From: Tubiluchus corallicola
Lineage: Eukaryota > Animalia > Priapulida
DNA length: 64,000 bases
Direction: 5' to 3'
Assembly: GCA_030141605.1 (NCBI GenBank)
Contig: JAQGDQ010000976.1
Coordinates: forward strand, 1-64,000
The notes below the pieces were generated by a model. It was given only the letters and a program-made list of their open reading frames with translations, had not been told where the DNA came from and did not search any database. Position numbers and translations under genes: made by a program. Every line of letters starts with the position of its first letter. The first letter of the stretch is position 1. Positions 11,345-23,093 of the stretch are shown here, piece by piece.

Positions 11345-11500
11345 GTGAGGGCGTTTGCTGCCAACACAGACAGATACGCATTGGTATCACACGCTTTGTC
11401 AGTACCCACAGCATATTTTATAAGAGTTCATATCACTGGAACAAGTCATAACGATAGAGCTGCACTTAAAATGGAAGTGTATGGCTGTGTGTTAAACTGA
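11345..11500 (+). CDS. PAN + F5/8C protein, terminal exon 5
   Basis: Acceptor tttccAG ends at 11344; VRAFAANTDRYALVSHAL...AYFIRVH...ALKMEVYGCVLN* is a discoidin C-terminus; AATAAA at 11604. Confidence 0.88.
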   Translation: MRAFAANTDRYALVSHALSVPTAYFIRVHITGTSHNDRAALKMEVYGCVLN

Positions 11501-13067
11501 GCTAGCTGATAAGACAGGATTGTGTCACGTAAAACCATGTGTTATGTATAGAAAGCCTTCACTATTTCATTCATGTTCCAAAGTCGTTTATTCTAAGGAG
11601 AATAATAAAGAGAACATTAACAAGTAAGAAAATGAATAAAATGATAAACGGAAGCTTAATAATTACGAAGAAGTCGACTTATTGGTAAAAGTACTTTCTC
11701 AAACTTCAGAGATTGAATTCATAACTTAATTAAATTATTTAAATTCATGTAACTTACATCGTTGGCTCTTCGTCAAGATTTAAAATTTCTCAAGGTACAA
11801 ATTTGGTAATAACGAAACGCTGTTGTTAACTATAACACAAAAACGATAAAAAAAACATCGCTGTGAATAAGAACGCAACCAACATTGTTCTCCTCCTGTC
11901 CTTTCCTCTCCACATTGCTCGTAGAGGGCAGCACCTTCCAATAAATAAGTGTCGTTATGCATATTGCAGTTACAGCATGAATAAAAACAGCTAAAAATTA
12001 AATAAAAGCGATGACAGTTTTACTCATCGATTACGTTTGAATTACGGGTGAATTCTTTAGCATGCTCAGCTGTTATTCCTGTTGTGAAACTCCACTGTGT
12101 CACGAGTGTTCCATGGGTAGTTATTGCACTGTGACCACCTCGAATGCACACCATGACTTTTTGTTAGACAAAATAAAATGTGGATTCTTCACTAAACTTG
12201 CCTTATTTCTCCTACGCTGACTCAAGTTGTTCTGTATTTTCAATATTTCTATTAGATTTATACACTGCATATTAAAACAATTAATCGACATGGACATAGA
12301 CACAGACATAAGGAAAAAGCAGACTCATTTTAATTCATATTTATTTAATTTAATTTTGACATTATTTCCTTGTCTGACCTGTGCTACCATCTTATAAAAA
12401 AATTTCCAACAACATAGTTGTGTAGCTTGTATTGTTTAATATGAAAACAAATAAGATAATTTTATATAATTTTGCTCAATTTTACAGCAAAATCTAAACC
12501 AAATTGATCTAATTAACTTTAACAAACTTTTACGCAAATTATAAAATCTAATCTCTAGTCTAATTAATCTAATCTTTTTAATAAACAAAGGTTCAAGATT
12601 TAAGAAATTAATAAATCAACTTACATGGTGATCTTCTATAAGTGTAGTTATGAAATTATAACAACGAATCAATGAATGACGCTAAACAATCTGTAACTGC
12701 AGTGTGTGAATGCCTGAGTGACTCCAATCTACAGGTAAGTGTACAGGTAAAAGACTGGTCACATGACCTGTTTATAAGGAAACCAGTTTATAACAGAAAA
12801 GAGGGGGCAATACAAGTTTAAATCAGCACATGACCCCTAAATATAAACCTGAAAATACCGACACAACAATTTTCACCATTTCACAACAACACAATGAGAT
12901 ATGTTCCAGTGTTTTGTGGCACTTTTTACAAACAAAATCAAGAAAAGATGTCCCTGATTTCTGATTGTGCGTAAAAACTATTAAAATAAAATATCGCAGT
13001 AACTATTATAACACAGCATATATGATCTAGTAAAATGTTCGAACTTTTACAATTCTTCCTATTTGAG

Positions 13068-13186
13068 CTAAAGCCGAGTTCGTCGCTCATTTTCACCATT
13101 GTGTTTACAAGGCACCTCGAATGTATGAAGGCCATTCAAGTCGTGAACATTGTACGGAAACTTTGGAAATCCGACACAGGCTGCAC
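13068..13186 (-). CDS. AGA: Aspartylglucosaminidase, exon 8 (terminal)
   Basis: Acceptor tttAG; GAACVGFPKFPYNV...VPCKHNGENERRTRL*; phase consistent with exon 7. Confidence 0.88.
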
Positions 13187-13439
13187 CTAAACAAAAACAA
13201 TACTCTTCATTGTTTTGCTTAATCCGCAAAATCAATTTGTGTTACATAAAAATGAACTTTTTGATTACAATTTTTATCAAAGCTGTCTCCTGTGACATTC
13301 TCTTATATGCCCAGCGGCATTAATGATCTTTGTACAAATTAAAAGAACCATAAAGTCACAGAATTATTCGAAAATTTACATTTTCACAACAACATTTATG
13401 TGAAACAGCCCTTAGAACATGTACTGCAACATTTGGAAT

Positions 13440-13479
13440 GAAACACAATGCGCATGCACCACACACACACACATCCTCA

Positions 13480-13554
<75 letters not shown>

Positions 13555-14123
13555 GCACACACACGTGCACACACACATCTCACACACACACACGCACAGA
13601 TTTTGCTGCACTGCACAGGTTCTCAACTAGGAAACTACGAAAGCACTTAATTAAGTACTACAGGCAAAGCAGCGCACACAATGTGCATGCACACACACAC
13701 ACACACCACACACACACACACACGCACACATCCTCACACACACACACGCGCACACAACACACACACACGCACAGATTTTGCTGCACTGCACAGGTTCTCA
13801 ACTAGGAAACTACGAAAGTACTTAATTCAGTAGTACAGGCGAAGCAGCGCACACAATGTGCATGCACACACACGCACACACACACACGCACAGATTTCGC
13901 TGTGCTGCACAGGTTCTCAACTAGGAAACTACGAAAGCACTTAATTCAGTAGTACAGGCGAAGCAGCGCACACAATGTGCATGCACACACACACACACAT
14001 ACACATCCTCACACGCACGCACACGTCTCACACACACACGCACGCACGGATTTTGCTGCACTGCACAGGTTCTCAACTAGGAAACTACGAAAGCACTTAA
14101 TTCAGTAGTACAGGCGAAGCAGC
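13440..14123. repeat. Compound minisatellite: about 90-bp constant block x4 separated by variable (CA)n tracts
   Basis: Block gattttgctgcactgcacaggttctcaactaggaaactacgaaagcacttaatt recurs near 13599, 13774, 13893 and 14049. Confidence 0.9.
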
Positions 14124-14249
14124 CCCGTTCACTAACTCTACAGACTGCAGTGTTACTTTCAACAATAATGTTCAGCCACACGTTGAGTTGTTGTATCATT
14201 CACATCCATTAGCCCGAAATTACTTTCTTATTGTAATAACATGTAATTA

Positions 14250-14719
14250 CAGTCGTGGCCAAAAGTTTAAACCCTGTGATTACGACGTGAATTCTGAGCT
14301 TTTTTGGTATTCAATACCATATCGACGGGATAACAAGCATTGATGACGTCACAGCGAGGATGACGTCATCAAGTCAGAGACATATGCGCATGTGCAGTTG
14401 ATCGCTCATCCTCTTACCTGTCATTAGAATTACCGTCCAACATAATCAGACGACTGGTGAGGAAGCTACTGCCGAGAGCGCGTCTAAGACAATTCCCGCA
14501 ACCGTAGTGATGACGTCATCAATGCGATGACGTCATCATCTCGTAAGTCCTGCACATGCGCAACAAAAACATTTATTTGCAATTTTCATTTACCTTCCTA
14601 ATGAGCCATCGTGTGTACGAATCGGTCCACCATGAGGGAAAATATATGGTATTGAATACCAAAAAAGCACAAAATTCTCATCGTAATCACAGGTGGGTTT
14701 AAACTTTTGACCACGACTG
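14250..14719. mobile_element. Tc1/mariner-type MITE
   Basis: TA|cagtcgtggccaaaagtttaaaccc ... gggtttaaacttttgaccacgactg|TA; about 75-bp imperfect TIRs and Tc1-like CAGT termini. Confidence 0.85.
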
Positions 14720-14890
14720 TACCATTACAATGTAATACTATATTGAACGTGTTTTGTCTCTTGTGTTGCCTAAGGTCATGTGCATTACTGATCATAAACT
14801 ATACTACAGTGCACTACCGTGAAATGGTCACGTGAAAGCTAAGCTCATTTTATGGCTTCGATAACCAGGATTGACTAAACATCGGCATAC

Positions 14891-15024
14891 CATGTTCTCC
14901 TTTAGCGTTTGACACCACGACTGCTCCAGAAAAACTTGGATGAACTCTTGTGATGCGACTGATCGCGTCCTCAGCAGCCTCTTCCGGGGAATGACCAAGT
15001 CGCATGCTTTCTACGGCTTGATAA
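14891..15024 (-). CDS. AGA: Aspartylglucosaminidase, exon 7
   Basis: YQAVESMRLGHSPEEAAEDAISRI...FSGAVVVSNAKGEH; AG/GT borders; 134 nt. Confidence 0.95.
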
Positions 15025-16246
15025 CTAGAAAAATGATAGATTTCTTAAGTATCACGTAATTACAGAGAAACGGTTTGTATTACGATATGCTGTTAACAAA
15101 CGCTGTACTGTATTGTGCCTGTCTTTGAAACAGCCTGCATCTAATGTCTGCATGTAAATACTGTATTGTTAAGTAAACAATTTGATAATATGCATTTTTG
15201 TTATGTAGTTGTGCCATAATTAATGTTTTTTAGACTTAGACTTGGCAGAAAGTGGTAGTACTTAAGGAGGTGCTGCCATCTTTTGGTTGTTTGCCTGTAA
15301 AAATAATTTACCTATTTCTTAAGCTGTTTACTGCACTATCTATTTACATACCATTTACTGGGTTTCAACTAGAGCTAATGAGGTGTAACAGGAGTCCTAG
15401 CTGTCGTATGTTGGGCAGTAGTAGTTCAGCTTTCATAATCTGCTGGTAAAGTTCAGATTTCAGATTTCACAATGTAGTTTGTTAAGGTATGTTTGCTTCA
15501 AATTATATTCTGTGGTTTTTTTATTTACCTAAACTGAGGTTAGTGCTTTAAATTTAATTTTTGTTGTAGAGAGTTAAACCTAAGTAAATTATTAAGTTCT
15601 AAATGTTGCTTTTTACTTTTATTATTTCAGAATGCAATTTATGTTGAACCACCCCCCCCCCCCGCCTCTACACCGCCTTCACTTCTTTTTTGAGCACAGT
15701 AATAAAGGAAATCAACCTGTACCAAAGTGTTCATCATTTTTTATTGAGGTTATGGGTTACAACATGCAGACAGACAAACTGGACAAAACAAGTGCGAACA
15801 CAGAAATGAGTTATCAAATCTAAACAACAGCAGCATCAATTTGACAAATAACCATATCAATGAATTTTATATCATTTTCACTAAAAAATATCAATGTTTT
15901 CACAAAAAGTCATATTCGTGTGCTGCAGTTTTGTCATAACATTTTTGTCCCTAATTTTTTAAATCATTCTTTATTACCTGAAGACAATTGCTAGTGTGCA
16001 GTGTAAGTGGCGATGTTTTTAAACTAATTATTTTTTTAAATTCATTGATACTGTGGGACATTTAATCAAATGAGCAAAGGAACTTTAGTGGCACTCTAAC
16101 ATGAACGTTAGTCAGCTTTATGCCAATCACGTAAATTCTAAAAAAAAGCTCATTTATTTTAACTTAATAAAAATTTGAGTCTCTCTCTGTCTTTGTTTAT
16201 GGAAATTTCATACAAATTAATCTACTCAATTCAGCTAATGGTAATG

Positions 16247-16780
16247 CAGGGATGAGAATGCCAAATTGTAAAAAACTCTGAAAGAGGCCGGGGGTTTTGG
16301 GGCCGCCTAGGCCCCTAATGGGGTTGAGGGGCAAAGTCCCCATGGGGGTTCAAGAGGGCAAAGCAACAAATTGCAATTTTGTGACCATAGAGAGGCTCTA
16401 AGAGGACTTAAAATATCAATTACCTTGTTTCATGCATAATTTAAAATACCCAACTATCAAGGATACATGATACCTAATTGTCTCAAAAATGCCTAAGTAC
16501 TGACCGCTCCTATGCAAAAGTATATAAAAACTGTCTGCAATTGACTCAAATAACTCCGCACAATTGATTCTATATTTTTATACATAGAGATATACACGTG
16601 GTTACACTAATGTACGTGATATAAACAATGTGACGGCCTGCCAACTAGCGGTCAGCTTGTGAAATAATGTACAGGGTCCGTAAAAATTTTCTCAACGAAT
16701 TTGCGCGATTTACAAAAATGGCACTACTGGTCTTCCGAAAACTCGGAATTCCGCGTATCTGCAGAAAATTCTCATCCCTG
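16247..16780. mobile_element. hAT-like MITE with a 6-bp TSD
   Basis: GTAATG|cagggatgagaat ... attctcatccctg|GTAATG; perfect 13-bp TIR. Confidence 0.85.
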
Positions 16781-16931
16781 GTAATGCTGCCTGTCTTTGC
16801 GATAACAACGACCTTCTATATATTTAACTTCTGTATATTTTACGAAAAAAACTCAAAGACTTTTAAATTTTATATATATCATGTGACTATCACAAGTATG
16901 CAGATCAATCACACTGCTACTTCAAGATTAC

Positions 16932-17039
16932 CTTGGAAGAAAGCGCATCATAATATCACCATCACCTGTTGCAGCTGCAGCACCAACGCCATTAACAGCG
17001 TAGCCGCCTGATCCAACTATTGGAGAATCACCAACTCTT
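16932..17039 (-). CDS. AGA: Aspartylglucosaminidase, exon 6
   Basis: [14 protein letters not shown]...[17 protein letters not shown] (Ntn-hydrolase GRVGDSP and TGDG motifs); 108 nt. Confidence 0.97.
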
Positions 17040-17311
17040 CTGAAATGCAAATTTTATCTTAATATGAATGAATTTGTTTCAGTTACTAAATCGGCTGTTG
17101 ATCGTAAGAAAATAAGTTTTACTGAAAACTGATGAAAAGTGCAGATTTGGTGCATTGAATTCCAGCTGCTTCGTCAGCACAACTGGTTAATTAATTTACA
17201 GTTAGTGTCACAATAGAAAGCAGCTGTGAAGAACCACAGAAGGTGAAACATTTTAGAATGAAACAGCATCGAATCATGAAGTGGAAGATTACAGTGAGTG
17301 TAAATAAGGAT

Positions 17312-17926
17312 AATATGTGTGCTTGCATGGCAAAAGCGTTCATAAGTCGGCAATTATGCTTTTCTACTTATTCACACATCCGGAATTTCCATTTCATGAG
17401 GATCATTTTGATAATTCAGGTTGAAGTTGAGGTGCAGGCTACGCACCGAAAAACCTAATCTTGGGAAAAACGCTGTTAAAGTCAGCCATTGTTTTTTGTC
17501 ACATCTTTGCAAAACACTTATGAAAGTGTGGTTGTTATGGATTTTACAAGAGCAAATTAAAATTACATTTAAATCCAGTAGACGGCTCTTCCAGATGAAG
17601 ATCTGGTCTTGTCAACAGAAAAAACCCGAAGCAAAATGGCTGCTTCCACAAGCTACAATCAGAGTTAGAAAATACAAGTTTTTTACAATTGCGGTACTAG
17701 TTCCTAGACAGAAAAGTGGGTAAGGAGTTATACAATTAGATTTCTAGTATTTTTGGACATTTTCCTGATAATTTGATGCTAGAATATAAAAGTCCAATAT
17801 TTGTTTTCATAAAAAATAAAAAATTGACATTTGACAAAATTCTTGCTGCATTCTACTTTCAAGCATCATAACGTAGTTTTAACTATGCCGACTTATGGAC
17901 GGTTTTGGTTTGCAAGCACACATATT
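17312..17926. mobile_element. MITE with about 40-bp imperfect TIRs
   Basis: aatatgtgtgcttgcatggcaaaagcgttcataagtcggca versus tgccgacttatggacggttttggtttgcaagcacacatatt. Confidence 0.7.
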
Positions 17927-18064
17927 GTGTTCCTACACAAAAACGATCCACGGCATAGTTATTAAGTCCTTATTTTGCAGACAGAGAACCTAAATCTTAT
18001 AATTACATGAGATTTAGCAAATATATAAGATCTAGGGACATAACATATTTTGAACTATAGCTTG

Positions 18065-18745
18065 CCTTTATAAGTCATAAGTCATTTATTTCACCTTACA
18101 CATTTACATTAGTTTCATGTACAATATCTAGTGAAAGGGCCTACAATGAACATAATACAAATAAGAAATACTGCACAGGAAAAGCTTCAAACACTGTTCA
18201 CCTATATACGAAGGTAAATGTGTTGCAGGCAATCAAAAAGAGGGCTTGTTAGATTGTCCCACACAGTGAAAGAAAAAGAGTAATGGAAATAATCTGAAAA
18301 TTTAAAGTAAATAGTGTGATAAAAAAAACACTAGTGCTTAAAATGGAATGATGTAATGAATGAAACTCATATATGAGATGATATAAAAGATAGAAAGACT
18401 ATTATTTGTTAACAGTATGTAAAATTAAAATAACTTGATTAAGCTAACACCTCTGTTTTGCAACTACAGTGAGGATGGATACTGATAGAAATTTTGATTA
18501 CTCACTGATACTTACTTGAAATTTGATTTTTTAGCATTTATTTAAATCTAGTAATAGATCTGCTATTTTTTGCGGATTGACAAATCTCATTCCAGACTTT
18601 TGGTCCTTGGTATATTATAAAATGTCTAGCTATGTTGGTTCTACAGAAAGGCACAGTGTATTGATTAAATCTTGTATTATATCTCTTAGATGTCAATTTG
18701 ACAGGAATTGCAAAAAACTTAGGAAATAAGGTTATGTAATAATCA
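18065..18745 (-). mobile_element. CR1/L2-group LINE 3' end
   Basis: RYNTRFNQYTVPFCRTNIARHFIIYQGPKVWNEICQSAKNSRSITRFK is a typical ORF2 C-terminus; AATAAA and a gactta-repeat tail near 18070-18090. Confidence 0.8.
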
Positions 18746-18756
18746 TATATGCTTAC

Positions 18757-18956
18757 CCAGGAACTTTCCAAGTTGCACCGTTTGTTGAAGTTCCCACGGC
18801 TAACTTATCTTTGACATCCATGGAAATCATACCTATGGTGTCGTGATTTTTCTCGTCAAACTTTAGTTCCTTTCTTGAAGTCCAACTCTGCTTCATGAAC
18901 TTCTTTACGAGAGGTTTGTATGGTCCACACGATGTTGTCGGATCAGGAGATACGTT
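18757..18956 (-). CDS. AGA: Aspartylglucosaminidase, exon 5 (contains the autoproteolytic HD|TIG site)
   Basis: NVSPDPTTSCGPYKP...NHDTIGMISMD...GTSTNGATWKVPG; 200 nt; AG and GTAAGC borders. Confidence 0.97.
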
Positions 18957-19209
18957 CTGAATTCAGTAATGGCCACAAACTATTATCTTACACTGTGCAA
19001 TATTGTTTTCTACGATTTAAAAGAATCAAATTATAGTGCAAAGGCAAACTGTTAAAACTGTAAAACTCTGACCATTTGTGTGAGTATCCTTAATTAAATA
19101 AATCTGGCAGCAGACTAGACAGTAAAAAAAGTTGAGTTGAACTAAATCAAAAATGTTCGAAAGAAGTTGGCCACCTTTGCAATAAACCAAAAATTTTTCA
19201 GACAAATGT

Positions 19210-20330
19210 AAAATCCTACTATACGATATACAGTATTAAACTCTTACTATACGATATACAGTATTAAAATCCTACTATACGATATACAGTATTAAAATCC
19301 TACTATACGATATACAGTATTAAACTCCTACTATACGATATACAGTATTAAAATCCTACTATACGATATACAGTATTAAAATCCTACTATACGATATACA
19401 GTATTAAAATCCTACTATACGATATACAGTATTAAAATCCTACTATACGATATACAGTATTAAACTCCTACTATTCGATATACAGTATTAAAATCCTACT
19501 ATACGATATACAGTATTAAAATCCTACTATACGATATACAGTATTAAAATCCTACTATACGATATACAGTATTAAACTCCTACTATTCGATATACAGTAT
19601 TAAAATCCTACTATACGATATACAGTATTAAACTCCTACTATTCGATATACAGTATTAAACTCCTACTATACGATATACAGTATTAAAATCCTACTATAC
19701 GATATACAGTATTAAACTCTTACTATACGATATACAGTATTAAAATCCTACTATACGATATACAGTATTAAACTCCTACTATTCGATATACAGTATTAAA
19801 ATCCTACTATACGATATACAGTATTAAAATCCTACTATACGATATACAGTATTAAAATCCTACTATACGATATACAGTATTAAACTCCTACTATTCGATA
19901 TACAGTATTAAAATCCTACTATACGATATACAGTATTAAACTCCTACTATTCGATATACAGTATTAAAATCCTACTATTCGATATACAGTATTAAAATCC
20001 TACTATACGATATACAGTATTAAAATCCTACTATACGATATACAGTATTAAAATCCTACTATACGATATACAGTATTAAACTCCTACTATACGATATACA
20101 GTATTAAAATCCTACTATACGATATACAGTATTAAAATCCTACTATACGATATACAGTATTAAAATCCTACTATACGATATACAGTATTAAAATCCTACT
20201 ATTCGATATACAGTATTAAACTCCTACTATACGATATACAGTATTAAACTCCTACTATTCGATATACAGTATTAAACTCCTACTATACGATATACAGTAT
20301 TAAACTCCTACTATTCGATATACAGTATTG
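19210..20330. repeat. 28-bp minisatellite, about 40 copies
   Basis: Unit tcctactat(a/t)cgatatacagtattaaa(a/c). Confidence 0.97.
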
Positions 20331-20629
20331 AAACTACTTTAAAGTTTGTATTAGATTCTACATCATTCACTGTCTATTTGCTCCAATTTCTGCTGTTGTC
20401 TTTTAAATTTAGCCAAGTTTGACTATACTAGTTGGTTTTACAGCAGATTTAGAGCTCTATGTAATTTTCAATGAACGGCAGCTGTGTCAGTGCATGAACA
20501 TTTCAATACAATGGTATTATAACTTTATGTATCCATTTTTTACAAATTTCTTTGTTATATTTTTATCTAAGTTAAAGTGATAGCACAAAATAAAGTAACA
20601 TGCTCAAAGGCGTGTCTTTTCCTTTAATA

Positions 20630-21057
20630 ATAGCACCACATCAATATAACTATAGAGCACCACATCGATATAACTATAGAGCACCACACCGATATAACTA
20701 TAGAGCACCACATCGATATAACTATAGAGCACCACATTGATATAACTATAGAGCACCACATTGATATAACTATAGAGTACAACATCGATATAACTATAGA
20801 GCACCACATCGATATAACTATAGAGCACCACATCAATATAACTATAGAGCACCACATCAATATAACTATAGAGCACCACATTGATATAACTATAGAGCAC
20901 CACATTGATATAACTATAGAGCACCACATCAGTATAACTATAGAGCACCACATCAGTATAACTATAGAGTACCACATCAATATAACTATAGAGCACCACA
21001 TCAGTATAACTATAGAGTACCACATCAATATAACTATAGAGCACCGCACCAATATAA
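20630..21057. repeat. 24-bp minisatellite, about 18 copies
   Basis: Unit gcaccacatc(a/g)atataactataga. Confidence 0.97.
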
Positions 21058-21116
21058 AACATTACTCATTTCTAGAACAAAAAGTACAGTTTCAAATAAT
21101 CAATCAGTCAACTGAC

Positions 21117-21229
21117 CTTTCTAAAATTCGGTTGACATTTGCCTTCCTTCCAGTTTTCCCAGCGTTCTGTTGAACTTGGTGTTGATAAACTTTCCTCATG
21201 AAAACCCATCTCAACTGCAAACTGTGTAG
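21117..21229 (-). CDS. AGA: Aspartylglucosaminidase, exon 4
   Basis: [17 protein letters not shown]...[12 protein letters not shown]; 113 nt; AG/GT borders. Confidence 0.96.
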
Positions 21230-21447
21230 CTAAAAACAAGCTGCTGCTCATTAGCTGTGCCAATTAATATGCTAATAGGATCTCAGCATGCTTAAATAAT
21301 AAATCTTGAAAATAATCTTTTCTTGTTATAAAAAATCACACAAGAAGTTACCATTTACTCTACACAAAACTCATAAATGTAAACTATGGTCACTAAAATA
21401 GTAATAATATTATTATATTTAAATAATTATTTACAGGTACCTTATAG

Positions 21448-21948
21448 CAGGGGTGTGCAAATTATCTGACTAGCCGGGCCACTTTAAACTTTCCCGCAAT
21501 TCCTGCTGGCCACAGGCAGTTTGATCAAGAAGCCAAGTACAGAAAGGCCTAATAACGATTTTTTTTGCATCAGACCTGTGTACATCATTACTACTGCACT
21601 CAAGAAACTATTTTAGAAGTTATTAAAATTTATATTACAAACCATATATTTCTACTTTCAGGACAGATAGTGGTAATTTCATTACAATGCGTATTAGTAA
21701 TGTGTATCACACAGTCCGTGTAGTACAGTGACATTAAGCTACAACCGTCTTGTAAGGGTAAATGGCATCCGATCTAGTAGAAAAAACTACCCGCACTATC
21801 TTTGGGATCGTGGCACGGACTTCAGCTGCATACACTCAATTAATCGCCCGGGCCGCACTTTCATTAGGTTGACAAATCTCTTCGCGGGCTGCACAAATTC
21901 TCTTGGCGGGCCGAATGTGGCCCGCGGGCCGCAATTTGCACACCCCTG
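21448..21948 (-). mobile_element. hAT (Charlie-like) MITE, copy A (strand arbitrary, opposite to copy B)
   Basis: TIR caggggtgtgcaaa / tttgcacacccctg; 8-bp TSD ccttatag / ctttatag; gcggcccgc subterminal motifs. Confidence 0.9.
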
Positions 21949-21953
21949 CTTTA

Positions 21954-22440
21954 TAGTGTTGCTCCGGATACACTTTTTTGCCGGAGAGCGAAAAACGGAA
22001 ATATTCGAATATTTCCTCACATTGACTTCTGGATTCGGATTATAAGTGGATAGGTTAGCTAAATTCGGATCGAATATGCAGATCAGTTTGGATAATGAAA
22101 AATTAGTAGCTATTTCAAATTTTAGCGTTTTCATTTAGTCTATCTTCTTAAACGATCTAGCCCGAAGATACACCATATTGCCACACACAAACGAAAAAAG
22201 CTGTGTGTAAAATTTTCATCTTGAAAACACAAACAATCTCCAAGTTCTTTGGAAATATTTTATTTATTTATTTCTGGCTGTTAAATTATCTTAAAACCTT
22301 TTTCAATTACACATTACGAAAATCGGATAGCGAATATGAAATTTTAATAACTAGTGTGTAACATCGGATATGAATACCTGCAAAAATCTCACGAACATCA
22401 CCTTTTTATGGATACGAATTAGATATCTGGAGCAACACTA
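21954..22440. mobile_element. hAT-like MITE with TAG termini
   Basis: TIR tagtgttgctcc / ggagcaacacta; TSD gtacctta (21437-21444, displaced by the later insertion) / atacctta (22441-22448). Confidence 0.8.
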
Positions 22441-22601
22441 ATACCTTATTAGCAGATATGTAAAACTAATAATACTCAATAGTCTCGTCTTGTCTCAAGA
22501 TATTCGGTTTTCAATTCACATGCTCAGTTAATTGATATATTACAAAAATTAAGCAGAAAGACTCAAATCTTCAGCACAGAAGTAAACTTTATATAACATA
22601 C

Positions 22602-22714
22602 CTAGGTCACCCACAAGAAGCGTATGCTTCGTGTACTGCAGAACAGCTTTGGCTACTCCGATTGCATTTTTAACTCTCCGTAAACCAGCAACTGATCCAA
22701 CCTCATAATTTGAC
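22602..22714 (-). CDS. AGA: Aspartylglucosaminidase, exon 3
   Basis: SNYEVGSVAGLRRVKNAIGVAKAVLQYTKHTLLVGDL; 113 nt; AG and GTATGT borders. Confidence 0.97.
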
Positions 22715-23093
22715 CTAATAATAACAATGATTCTCAGACAACTACCACTCATTCCAGCATTTCATGTTTTCTGAAAAATTTCACTATTAGAGTCATGCTA
22801 ATATTCATTTGTACGCTATAAAATGAAGGCTCTCTAACACAGAGACAGTTTCAAAAGTGAATAGATGAGATATCAAATCTTTCAGTACCAATATTAATAC
22901 CATTCTTTCAGATTAAGACTAAATGTAAAATTTTAGAGGAGTTCACATGTAAAAAAGACAAAACCTTCTCGTTATTTATAAAAGCATCATAACAAAACGA
23001 CAACAACACTCCAGAAATTAAACTTGCAAATGCATTTTCAAAATTACAATATGAAGTATCTTAGGACAGCTAATCTGGTTTAATACCTTAGAT

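Noticed and set aside
13440-14123. CRISPR-like repeat-spacer array
   Set aside because: Repeats are about 90 bp, the spacers are CA microsatellite, the context is a eukaryotic intron and there are no cas genes.
20604-21062. Repetitive ORFs (also 27956-28484 and 35116-35781)
   Set aside because: Minisatellites with unit lengths divisible by 3, in intronic or intergenic positions.
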